This document shows, piece by piece, positions 41,983-51,353 of a stretch of 64,000 nucleotides of DNA (the stretch's first letter is position 1; the number at the start of each line of letters is the position of its first letter). The notes beneath the pieces were generated by a model, which saw only the letters and a program-made list of their open reading frames with translations, did not search any database and was not told the DNA's origin. The DNA comes from a virus, in the IMG/VR virus record IMGVR_UViG_3300043446_002688; one strand, 5' to 3'. The translations under genes were made by a program, and so were the position numbers.

Positions 41983-43335
41983 ATGTTTCTATCTGAAGAA
42001 CTACAACAAAAATGGCAACCAGTTCTGGAACACCCAGAATTAGAAGCTATTAAAGATCCATACAAGAAAGCTGTTACAGCTTTGGTTTTGGAAAACCAAC
42101 AACGTGAAATGTCAGCTGCTGCTCAGCAGTTGAACGAAACAACATACAGTGCTGCACCTACAAACGTGACAGGCGCTGGTGTTCAAAACTTCGACCCAAT
42201 CTTGATTAGCTTGGTTCGCCGTGCATTGCCAAACTTGATTGCGTATGATGTTGCTGGCGTTCAGCCAATGACAGGACCTACAGGTCTAATCTTCGCAATG
42301 CGTGCTAAGTACAATGCAATGGGTACAGCTGGTACAGGCGACTCTAACGAAGCATTCTTCAACGAAGCTAACACAATCTTCTCAGGTGCTGGTTCATCTG
42401 GTAACTTGTATGGCTTCCGTGGTAACAATGCAACAGACATCGTTACAAACACTGGTGCTGACTTGACTGCTAACAGCTTCACAACTGGTATCGGCATGAG
42501 AACATCTACTGCTGAAGGTTTGGGTGCAGACACTTCAACAGGTATGTTCAATCAAATGGCTTTCTCTATCGAGAAGGTTACAGTTACTGCTCAAAGCCGT
42601 GCTTTGAAGGCAGAATACTCACTTGAATTGGCACAAGACTTGAAGGCAATCCATGGTTTGGATGCTGAAACAGAATTGTCTAACATTCTGTCAACAGAAA
42701 TCTTGGCTGAAATCAACCGTGAAGTTATCCGTACAATCTACACAACTGCTGTTGCAGGTGCTCAGTACGGTGTTACAACAGCTGGTGCTTTCGACTTGGA
42801 CACAGACTCTAACGGTCGTTGGTCAGTTGAACGTTTCAAAGGTTTGATTTTCCAAATCGAACGTGATGCAAACGTTATTGCAAAACAAACTCGTCGTGGT
42901 AAAGGTAACGTGATGATTGTATCATCAGACGTTGCTTCTGCTATGGCTATGGCTGGCGTGTTGCAATATACACCTGCTTTGTCTGCTGACTTGCAAGTTG
43001 ACGATACAGGCAACACATTCGCTGGTATGTTGCACGGTCGTATCAAGGTCTATATCGACCCATACTTCGGTGGTTACACATCTAACCAAGAATTGGTAAC
43101 AATCGGTTATAAGGGTACTTCTCCTTATGACGCTGGTTTGTTCTACTGCCCATACGTACCTCTACAAATGGTTCGTGCTGTTGACCAGTACACATTCCAA
43201 CCAAAGATTGGTTTCAAGACTCGTTACGGCATGGTTGCTAACCCATTTGCAACAGGTCTAACAGTTGGTAACGGTGCTTTGAACTCTCGTTCAAACGTTT
43301 ACTACCGTATTTTCCAAGTCAAGAATTTAATGTGA
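41983..43335 (+). CDS. gp23: Major capsid protein gp23
   Basis: KWQPVLEH; GVQPMTGPTGLIFAMR; YCPYVPLQM; FQPKIGFKTRYG. Confidence 0.97.
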   Translation: MFLSEELQQKWQPVLEHPELEAIKDPYKKAVTALVLENQQREMSAAAQQLNETTYSAAPTNVTGAGVQNFDPILISLVRRALPNLIAYDVAGVQPMTGPTGLIFAMRAKYNAMGTAGTGDSNEAFFNEANTIFSGAGSSGNLYGFRGNNATDIVTNTGADLTANSFTTGIGMRTSTAEGLGADTSTGMFNQMAFSIEKVTVTAQSRALKAEYSLELAQDLKAIHGLDAETELSNILSTEILAEINREVIRTIYTTAVAGAQYGVTTAGAFDLDTDSNGRWSVERFKGLIFQIERDANVIAKQTRRGKGNVMIVSSDVASAMAMAGVLQYTPALSADLQVDDTGNTFAGMLHGRIKVYIDPYFGGYTSNQELVTIGYKGTSPYDAGLFYCPYVPLQMVRAVDQYTFQPKIGFKTRYGMVANPFATGLTVGNGALNSRSNVYYRIFQVKNLM

Positions 43336-43376
43336 TTTGGTTTTTACAATAAGTCACCGTTAAGAGTGACACTTTT

Positions 43377-43402
43377 AGAGGGTACTTCGGTACCCTCTTT
43401 TT
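43377..43402 (+). terminator. Intrinsic terminator after g23
   Basis: AGAGGGTAC-TTCG-GTACCCTCT followed by TTTT. Confidence 0.9.
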
Positions 43403-43432
43403 GTATATCTATTACATAAGGTTTTTAGAAAA

Positions 43433-43828
43433 ATGGATGATATTTTTGAAAGTTTGAAAACATTTCCTTTTGATATGGATTCATTAAAAAATAATTCTCA
43501 TATAAGGTTCTATGAAAAAACTCGTTCAGAAGAAACCAAAAAAGCAATAAGTGAAACTAAAATGGGTTCAAAACAAACACCACAACATATACGAAATAGA
43601 GCAGAAAGTGCAAAAGGATTTAAGCAATCTGAACACCAAAAAGATAGAGCTAGAGAAACATTTTCGTGTTCTTGGTTAGTTACTAATCCAGAAGGCAAAT
43701 CTTTCAATATAGTAAACCTTAGAAAGTTTTGTTCAGACAATTCACTGGATCAAGGTAATATGGTCAAGGTATCACAAGGCATACTGAAGCAACACAAGGG
43801 TTGGAAGTGTCTTAAAATTGGCTCCTAA
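43433..43828 (+). pseudogene. NUMOD3-type homing-endonuclease DNA-binding domains with no recognisable nuclease domain
   Basis: RSEETKKAISETKMG, KQSEHQK; C-terminal NLRKFC...HKGWKC; no GIY-YIG or HNH motif. Confidence 0.6.
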
Positions 43829-43848
43829 ATAGTAGTATAGGAGAAACA

Positions 43849-44358
43849 ATGACAGTTCTTAACAGAAATCCACAGAATACAAACCCGTTACAACCCAGTA
43901 AATTTCTATTATCATTCAATAGAACTGGTGCGGTACCATATTTCTGTCAACAAGTAAACATACCTGGTATGTCAATGGGTTCTGCACCATTTAATACTCC
44001 AACTTTGGACATTAATTACCCAGGTCATAAACTATCATTTAATAGTCTGAATGTTACCTATATTGTTGATGAAGAATTGACTGCATGGAAAAACATGTAT
44101 GATTGGTTCTTGGCATTGGCACACCCAAATATGGATGAAAGAAAAAGGTTATTGGAACTCCAAGGTGGTAGTACAGTATCAGACGCAACACTTACCGTCA
44201 TGTCTGCGTTAAACAATCCAATTGCTCGTATACAATTTCATAATGTATTTCCAGTTGACATGACCGATATCAATTTTGATACCACACAGTCTGCCGATAA
44301 CATAATTTATTCTACGGTAACTTTTAACTTTAATTACTACGAAGTATTGCCTTTGTGA
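43849..44358 (+). CDS. gp3: Tail completion/sheath stabiliser gp3
   Basis: NPLQPSKF; YFCQQVNIPG; IVDEELTAW; DATL; FPVDM..INFD. Confidence 0.85.
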   Translation: MTVLNRNPQNTNPLQPSKFLLSFNRTGAVPYFCQQVNIPGMSMGSAPFNTPTLDINYPGHKLSFNSLNVTYIVDEELTAWKNMYDWFLALAHPNMDERKRLLELQGGSTVSDATLTVMSALNNPIARIQFHNVFPVDMTDINFDTTQSADNIIYSTVTFNFNYYEVLPL

Positions 44359-44375
44359 TTGACTTCTGATATAAT
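44347..44375 (+). promoter_or_regulatory. Sigma70 promoter for uvsY-uvsW
   Basis: TTGCCT-17-TATAAT. Confidence 0.55.
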
Positions 44376-44402
44376 CTACATTATTTGTTTTTATTATTAA
44401 TT

Positions 44403-44837
44403 ATGGAAAATCTAGAGCACATTTTGAAATGGTGGGAAGTAGATGCGGTCATAGACCAAACAGAACCATCTAAAGAATTATTGAAGATTCCCACACTACA
44501 CAGTAAGTATCTTGCCGAGTTGACCAAACACAAGATTGCCGCAAAGAAGGCACATTTTGATTATCTGCGTATGCGTAAGATTAAATGGGAATACTACACA
44601 GGCAAAACCACACAAGAAGAATTGGAACAATATGGTTGGGAACCATTCCAATTTACACTCAAATCTGACATTACTACATACTTAGAAGCAGACAAAGACC
44701 TTATCAAGTTACTTGAAAAGAAGGTCTACCATGAAGAAGTTGTATCAGTTATTGAATCTATTATGAACGAATTGAAACAAAGAACATGGCAGCTGCGTGA
44801 TTTTATTTCATGGGAAAAATTTGTAAATGGCCAGTGA
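44403..44837 (+). CDS. uvsY: Recombination mediator UvsY
   Basis: IPTLHSKYL; KWEYYTGK; YLEAD. Start moved to ATG 44403. Confidence 0.85.
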   Translation: MENLEHILKWWEVDAVIDQTEPSKELLKIPTLHSKYLAELTKHKIAAKKAHFDYLRMRKIKWEYYTGKTTQEELEQYGWEPFQFTLKSDITTYLEADKDLIKLLEKKVYHEEVVSVIESIMNELKQRTWQLRDFISWEKFVNGQ

Positions 44838-46323
44838 TGTTGTTATAACCAAAAAAGATGGTGTGTATGCCAAGGTGACCTGCGAGCGTCATGTGGCCAT
44901 GGAACTATCTCAGTTCTTCACCTTCTTTGTACCAGGTTTCCAGTTTGTTCCTGCCTTCAGGAATAAAATCTGGGACGGTAAGATACGGTTATTCAATCTA
45001 CAAACACAACAAATATATCTTGGTCTAATTCCATACATCAAAGCTTTCTGTGAAGATAGAGAGTATAGTTATGAGGATGATATTGTTGAATCTGAATTCT
45101 CAATGTACCACGCAAAGAAGTTTGCAGACAACCTCAATATACATTCACAAGGAAAGAAATTGGAAGTGCATCCGCACCAGTTGGATGCGTTTGTACATGC
45201 CATGCAGTCACATAGAGCACTATTCGTGTCTCCAACATCGTCTGGTAAGTCCCTGATTGCATATCTATTGTATAGACAGTTGCACAATTATCATCAACTT
45301 AAAGGTCTTATGATTGTTCCGACCACATCTTTGGTTGAACAGATGTATACGGACTTCCAAGATTACTCATCTCACAATGGTTTTTATGTTGAAGATAATG
45401 TACATAAAATCTATGACTACAAAGGTATGGTCAAAGAAACAGATAAGTCATTGACAATATCAACATGGCAATCTCTGTTCAAAATGCCTAAAGAATTCTT
45501 TGAACAGTTTGATTATGTTATTGGTGATGAGGCACACTTGTTCAAGGCTCAATCGTTGACCACAATTATGACCTCACTATCAAATACACAGTATCGTATT
45601 GGTATGACTGGTACTTTGGATGGAACTAAGACACACAAGTTGGTTTTGGAAGGTCTATTTGGTCCTGCAAAACAAATCATCACAACAAAAGAACTTATTG
45701 AACAAGGTAAAGTAACTGCTTTTGATATTAAATGCCTGATATTGAAACACCCTGATGATATTTGTGAAGATAGTACCAAGTGGACATATCAGGAAGAAAT
45801 GGAATACCTTATTAAATCAGAATCACGGAACAAATTCATACGCAATCTGGCATTGAGTATGGATAAAAACTCATTGGTATTGTTCCAACAGGTAGAAAAA
45901 CATGGTAGTGTATTGTATGATATGATTAAGGGTGCCGAAAAACTTAATGGCAGAAATGTTTATTTTATCCACGGAGGCGTGGACACGGAAGACCGAGAAA
46001 AGGTTCGTGCAATCATGGAGAAGGAAAGTGACGCAATTATTGTGGCTTCTTATGGCACTTATTCTACTGGAATTAATATTCGTAACTTGCATAATATTGT
46101 TTTCGCATCTCCGTCAAAGTCACGAGTTCGCAATCTTCAATCTATTGGACGAGGCCTTCGCAAATCGGAAGGCAAAGAACAAGCAACACTCTACGACATT
46201 GCAGATGACCTCAGACACAAAAAACACATGAACTTTACTCTACGACATTTCGTGGAAAGAGTAAAGATATATACTGAGGAGAAGTTCCCTTTTAAGATTT
46301 ACAATATAGGACTTAAAAAATGA
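44827..46323 (+). CDS. uvsW: SF2 helicase UvsW
   Basis: PTSSGKS, GDEAH, GMTGT, LQSIGRGLRK. Confidence 0.95.
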   Translation: MASDVVITKKDGVYAKVTCERHVAMELSQFFTFFVPGFQFVPAFRNKIWDGKIRLFNLQTQQIYLGLIPYIKAFCEDREYSYEDDIVESEFSMYHAKKFADNLNIHSQGKKLEVHPHQLDAFVHAMQSHRALFVSPTSSGKSLIAYLLYRQLHNYHQLKGLMIVPTTSLVEQMYTDFQDYSSHNGFYVEDNVHKIYDYKGMVKETDKSLTISTWQSLFKMPKEFFEQFDYVIGDEAHLFKAQSLTTIMTSLSNTQYRIGMTGTLDGTKTHKLVLEGLFGPAKQIITTKELIEQGKVTAFDIKCLILKHPDDICEDSTKWTYQEEMEYLIKSESRNKFIRNLALSMDKNSLVLFQQVEKHGSVLYDMIKGAEKLNGRNVYFIHGGVDTEDREKVRAIMEKESDAIIVASYGTYSTGINIRNLHNIVFASPSKSRVRNLQSIGRGLRKSEGKEQATLYDIADDLRHKKHMNFTLRHFVERVKIYTEEKFPFKIYNIGLKK

Positions 46324-46691
46324 CAGTTAAAATTGTAAGATTCAAAGACGGTTTGGATGTAATCAGTAATGTTTTCTATAAACATGATATGGGTGACCAA
46401 CCCAATGGTGAAGTGGAACTTACCAATCCAATGATGTTTGAATTGCGTAATCAAAACCTTGTAATGCAACATTGGTTGCCATTGGCCATTATGAAAGATA
46501 AATCTGTGGTTATTAAAAACTCCGAGATACTTTGCACTATGGAACCAAATGAAGATTTTGAAGAATATTATGTCAATACGGTAAAGCAAATGAATAAAGC
46601 TTTGAAAGAATCTAAAGATAAGGAAGATATCCAAGATATGTTAGAAGCCTTAGCTGAACTAGAAGATAATAAAGGAATTAAATTCCATTAA
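46320..46691 (+). CDS. Conserved hypothetical protein between uvsW and g55
   Basis: 123-aa ORF with coupled start; typical position in T4-like genomes. Confidence 0.6.
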   Translation: MTVKIVRFKDGLDVISNVFYKHDMGDQPNGEVELTNPMMFELRNQNLVMQHWLPLAIMKDKSVVIKNSEILCTMEPNEDFEEYYVNTVKQMNKALKESKDKEDIQDMLEALAELEDNKGIKFH

Positions 46692-46774
46692 CATCATCAA
46701 CCGGGCTACACCGTGGACTGTATCACATGTCAAGCCCTTTGTCAACAACTTTTTATGGTAAACTTGAATAAATT

Positions 46775-47326
46775 ATGAACCAACCGACTAAAAAACCTAA
46801 AGAATATGTTAATAATGCAGACTTTCTCAAAGCTCTGGTAGATTACAAGTCTGCCTGTGAGGAAGCAAAGAAGAACGGCAAACCAGAACCCAAGATACCG
46901 AACTACATCGGCGAATGTTGGATGAAAATTGCCGAAGGTCTATCACACAAGCCAAATTTTATTAACTATACTTACCGTGATGAAATGATTTCGGATGGTA
47001 TTGAGAACTGTTTAATGTACTTCAACAACTTTGATCCTACCAAATCAAAGAACCCATTTGCATACTTCACACAGATTATCTACTACGCATTTCTTAGACG
47101 CATACAGAAAGAAAAGAAACAACTTTATATCAAATACAAATCAACAGAACAAATTGGTATTTTGGATGAGTTTGAAATGTTGGAAGGTGAAGATGGTACA
47201 ACAAATCAATTCGCATTGTATGATAACATTGCAGAGTTTATTGAGAACTATGAAGATGCCAGACAGGCAAAGAAAGACGCCAAATCGGCAAAGAAGCCTG
47301 AAGGTATTGAAAAGTTCATGGAATAA
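46775..47326 (+). CDS. gp55: Late-transcription sigma factor gp55
   Basis: EMISDGIENC; NPFAYFTQIIYYAFLRRIQKEKKQ. Confidence 0.95.
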   Translation: MNQPTKKPKEYVNNADFLKALVDYKSACEEAKKNGKPEPKIPNYIGECWMKIAEGLSHKPNFINYTYRDEMISDGIENCLMYFNNFDPTKSKNPFAYFTQIIYYAFLRRIQKEKKQLYIKYKSTEQIGILDEFEMLEGEDGTTNQFALYDNIAEFIENYEDARQAKKDAKSAKKPEGIEKFME

Positions 47327-47335
47327 TGTTATAAT
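47307..47335 (+). promoter_or_regulatory. Sigma70 promoter for g47-g46
   Basis: TTGAAA-17-TATAAT with TG upstream of the -10. Confidence 0.55.
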
Positions 47336-47341
47336 AGTTTT

Positions 47342-48406
47342 ATGAAAATAGCAATTATAACTGACCAACACTTTGGTGCTCGCAATGATTCACCACAGTT
47401 CCTAGATTACTACGAGAAGTTCTACAATGAAACTTTCTTTCCTAAATTGGTGGAAGAAAAGATATGTTGTGTACTAATTCTTGGAGACACATTCGACCGT
47501 AGAAAGTATGTTAATTTTTATACACTGAAGCGTGCTAAAGAGATGTTCTTTAACAAACTTTGGAGTATGAATATTGATGTACACATGTTGGCTGGTAACC
47601 ACGATACCTATTTTAAGAATACGAACGAAGTAAACTCAATTAAGCTGTTGTTGGATGAATATACAAACATTAATGTAATATCACACCCAACAACCCTCCA
47701 AATTGGTTATCATAAAATTTGTATGTTACCTTGGATTTGTGCCGATAACTATGAAGATAGTATGGCAACAATCAAAGACACGGATGCTACGATTTGTATG
47801 GGACACCTAGAAATATCTGGCTTCGCCATGCATCGTGGTATGCAATCACAAGAAGGATTAGACCGTGCAATATTTCGTAAATTTGCCGCTACATTTAGTG
47901 GTCATTATCATCACAAGTCTAGTATTGATGGTATACACTACCTTGGTAACCCATATGAACTTACGTGGCAAGATTATAACGACCCTCGTGGTTTCCATTT
48001 ATTTGATTTGGATAACGGGGACCTTACCTTTGTACAAAATCCCAACGTAATGTTTCACCGCATCATCTATGATGACAAGGCGGAAACAATCAAAGAGATT
48101 GATAGTAAAGATTTGAAACCGTATGCCAATACCTACGTCAAAGTGGTTGTATTGAATAAAACCAATCCATACCTATTTGACAAGTTTATGAATAACCTGT
48201 ATAATGTAAACCCAGCGGACATTACAATCGCTGAAGATTTTACAGAACTAGCTGACATTACAGATGAAGATGTTGACCAGGCTGAAGATACCATCACAAT
48301 TCTAAACAAATATGTTGATGGTATCACAGAAGAAAACATAGATAATACTAAGTTGAAAACATTATTGAGAGAACTCTACGTAGAGGCATTGAATACTGAA
48401 ACATGA
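47342..48406 (+). CDS. gp47: Recombination endonuclease subunit gp47 (Mre11-like)
   Basis: TDQHFG, GDTFD, GNHD, GHYH metallophosphoesterase motifs. Confidence 0.95.
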   Translation: MKIAIITDQHFGARNDSPQFLDYYEKFYNETFFPKLVEEKICCVLILGDTFDRRKYVNFYTLKRAKEMFFNKLWSMNIDVHMLAGNHDTYFKNTNEVNSIKLLLDEYTNINVISHPTTLQIGYHKICMLPWICADNYEDSMATIKDTDATICMGHLEISGFAMHRGMQSQEGLDRAIFRKFAATFSGHYHHKSSIDGIHYLGNPYELTWQDYNDPRGFHLFDLDNGDLTFVQNPNVMFHRIIYDDKAETIKEIDSKDLKPYANTYVKVVVLNKTNPYLFDKFMNNLYNVNPADITIAEDFTELADITDEDVDQAEDTITILNKYVDGITEENIDNTKLKTLLRELYVEALNTET

Positions 48407-50121
48407 TTTTATTTCAAAAAGTAAGGTGGAAAAACTTTATCTCCACCGGAGCACATTTCACCGAAATTAATTTTACCAAGTCTACTAATACATTAATTAT
48501 TGGTCAGAATGGTGCTGGCAAGTCCACAGTATTGGATGCCTTGTGTTTTGCCTTGTTTGGTAAACCGTTTCGTAAGATAAATAAACCACAACTGGTAAAC
48601 TCTATCAATCAAAAAGATTGTTTGGTTGAGGTGGAGTTTGAAATCGGTACTAAGAAATATAAGATTGTTCGTGGTATCAAACCAAACAAGTTTGAAATCT
48701 ACTGCAATAATGTTCTGCTGAACCAGGATGCAGCTGCTAAAGACTACCAAAAGGTACTAGAGGAAAATATCCTCAAACTAAATTACAAGTCCTTCACGCA
48801 GGTTGTCATCCTTGGTTCGGCGTCCTTCATTCCTTTTATGCAACTATCGGCAGCTGACCGCAGAGCAATCATTGAGGACTTGTTGGACATTCAAATCTTT
48901 TCCACTATGCATAGTGGCGTCAAAGAAAAACTCTCAAGCAATAAAGATAGTTTGACCAAGGTCAAATATGATATAACTTTGCTTGAAGAAAAAATCAAAA
49001 TGCAATTGGAGTCTATTGAAGAACACAAGAAGCATAACGATGCCGAGATTGCCAAGAAGGTTGAACAGATTGCCACCTCTCAGATACAGGCAATCAAATT
49101 AAACAAAGACAATGGTCTTATTAACAAACATATTGCCGTTTTACAAAGCAAAGTTGGTGATAATAAAAGTAAATTAGATAAGAAGTCTAAAGGTTTATTT
49201 CAAGTTCAAGGCAAGATTCAGACCAATATCAAACGACATGAGAAAGATATTGAATTCTATGAAACAAACCATGACTGTCCTACCTGTAAACAGGCCATTA
49301 CAGAAGATTGGAAATCAACTCAAGTACAAGAAAAGAATGATAAAATTATCACACAGAAAAAGAATCTTGAAGAAGTTGAGGCAGAGCTCACAAAGGTCAA
49401 CGATGAGATTGATAAGTTAACCAAATTATTGGAACATATTACTGACCACCAAAGTGAGATTACAAAGAATAATGCCACAATCTCTGCAATCAACAATTAT
49501 ATTACGAAGTTGAATGAGGAAATAAAGGAACTTTCCACTAAAGTGGAAACCAGCGAGCAAGATAATGAGCGACTAACATCGCTGCGAAAAGAACTAGAAC
49601 AAAGCGAACAAGGATATCAAACATTATTAGTAGACAAACAGTATTTGGAATATGCCGGTACATTATTGAAAGATGGTGGTATTAAGTCCAGAATTATTAA
49701 ACAGTATCTACCAATTATGAATAAATTGATAAACAAATATTTATCAGCAATGGACTTCTTTGTTAACTTTAACATAAACGAAAACTTTGAAGAAACAATT
49801 AAGAGTAGGCACCGTGATGAATTCTCTTATGCCAATTTCTCTGAAGGTGAGAAGATGCGTATCGACCTGGCATTATTGTTTACATGGAGACAGATTGCCA
49901 AGTTGAAGAATAGTACCAACACCAATCTATTAATTTTGGACGAAGTGTTTGATTCTTCACTAGATACAGTAGGTACTGAGGAATTTTTAAAATTGATTAA
50001 TGAAATGGGGACAGATACAAACGTGTTTGTAATATCCCACAAAGGCGACCAACTGTTCGATAAATTTAGATCCGTAATTAAATTTGAAAAGAAAGGTAAT
50101 TTTAGTCGTATCGCAAAATAA
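48403..50121 (+). CDS. gp46: Recombination ATPase gp46 (Rad50-like)
   Basis: GQNGAGKS, CPTC hook, FSEGEK signature, LILDE. Confidence 0.95.
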   Translation: MILFQKVRWKNFISTGAHFTEINFTKSTNTLIIGQNGAGKSTVLDALCFALFGKPFRKINKPQLVNSINQKDCLVEVEFEIGTKKYKIVRGIKPNKFEIYCNNVLLNQDAAAKDYQKVLEENILKLNYKSFTQVVILGSASFIPFMQLSAADRRAIIEDLLDIQIFSTMHSGVKEKLSSNKDSLTKVKYDITLLEEKIKMQLESIEEHKKHNDAEIAKKVEQIATSQIQAIKLNKDNGLINKHIAVLQSKVGDNKSKLDKKSKGLFQVQGKIQTNIKRHEKDIEFYETNHDCPTCKQAITEDWKSTQVQEKNDKIITQKKNLEEVEAELTKVNDEIDKLTKLLEHITDHQSEITKNNATISAINNYITKLNEEIKELSTKVETSEQDNERLTSLRKELEQSEQGYQTLLVDKQYLEYAGTLLKDGGIKSRIIKQYLPIMNKLINKYLSAMDFFVNFNINENFEETIKSRHRDEFSYANFSEGEKMRIDLALLFTWRQIAKLKNSTNTNLLILDEVFDSSLDTVGTEEFLKLINEMGTDTNVFVISHKGDQLFDKFRSVIKFEKKGNFSRIAK

Positions 50122-50138
50122 GTTACAGTTTGTTTTTT

Positions 50139-50146
50139 TATAAATA
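50139..50146 (+). promoter_or_regulatory. T4-type late promoter upstream of the endoVII homing endonuclease
   Basis: TATAAATA. Confidence 0.6.
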
Positions 50147-50173
50147 AATAAAAATAACTTATTTGAAATATTA

Positions 50174-50644
50174 ATGGCTAGAAAGAAAAAATACGCAGAC
50201 TTACCCGAAAGGTCGGATCCAAATTACATGAAACTTTATAAAGAAATGCGTAAAGGTGAATTAAAGGAACAGGCTAAGTCGTATAGGCAAAATAAATTGG
50301 AACAAAATCCAGATTTATATAAAGAAAACTACGAGAAATACCAATCAACTTATGTGAAATACCGAAAAGAAAATCGTTCGGTAATATCAGAAAAACAATG
50401 GAAATCTCGTGGTATTATTGATATGTCCTATGACAGATATCTAACTGAGTTGACAAAACAACAAGGTAAGTGTAAAATCTGTAATAAGGAGATGAAAGTG
50501 CCACATGTGGACCATGACCATGTGACGGGAAAATATCGTGGTTTGTTGTGTGTAACATGCAACAATGGTTTAGGAATATATGAAAAAAATCGTAATGCTT
50601 TTGATGACTACTTAAAGGATACACAAAATGAATACACAAAATGA
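50174..50644 (+). mobile_element. Free-standing endonuclease-VII-family homing endonuclease
   Basis: CKIC...HVDHDHVTGKYRGLLCVTCNNGLG. Confidence 0.75.
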
Positions 50645-51353
50645 AGTAACTGATATTGATGATGACAAAATCGTTTTATACGATACAAAAAAGGAAACAG
50701 ATGTTAAAAAGGAACCAGAAATTGAAACATTCGATTTGGTTCACTATTCACATGAAGCAGTTTCAAAAGTCCTGCCAGAGTTTGACTTTGAAAATGCACC
50801 TATTAATCCTGCCGACTTTGCATCTTCATTGGTAGAAACATGCAAAAAATACAATGGTTATGGTCTATCAGCCAACCAATGTGGTTTTGAATATCGTGTA
50901 TTCGTTATGGGTACCGGTGATGAGTATGTGGCATATTTCAATCCAAAGGTACTTGCCGTTAGTGAAGAAACTATCCACATGCCAGAAGCCTGTTTGTCTT
51001 TCCCAATGTTGTCACTCTACATTACCAGACCACAAAGCATTGAAGTGGAATACCAGGACTTCACAGGGGAGAAAAAAACCAAGAAGTTTACCGGTTTAAC
51101 CGCTCGTTGTTTCCTCCACGAGCTTGACCACATGAACGGAATAGTGTATACTAATCGTGTAAAACCGTTGGCACTAAAACAAGGTTTGAAGAAGGTTGAA
51201 AAGAAAAGAGAAAAGTTTTCTAGACAACTCAAGCGTTATGTTGCGTTAAACAAACCAAGAAATGTGCCTGTGGATGAATCTAAACCCTTAAATGCTGCAC
51301 AGCAATTGATTAAAAAATTTACACAGAATGGCGACCAAAAAACAAATACCTGA
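50628..51353 (+). CDS. def: Peptide deformylase
   Basis: GLSANQCG, EACLS, HELDH motifs. Confidence 0.9.
   Translation: MNTQNEVTDIDDDKIVLYDTKKETDVKKEPEIETFDLVHYSHEAVSKVLPEFDFENAPINPADFASSLVETCKKYNGYGLSANQCGFEYRVFVMGTGDEYVAYFNPKVLAVSEETIHMPEACLSFPMLSLYITRPQSIEVEYQDFTGEKKTKKFTGLTARCFLHELDHMNGIVYTNRVKPLALKQGLKKVEKKREKFSRQLKRYVALNKPRNVPVDESKPLNAAQQLIKKFTQNGDQKTNT

Noticed and set aside
33374-50121. Inteins or group I introns in terminase, capsid, UvsW or gp46
   Set aside because: The ORFs are uninterrupted and of expected size, with no intein splice motifs.
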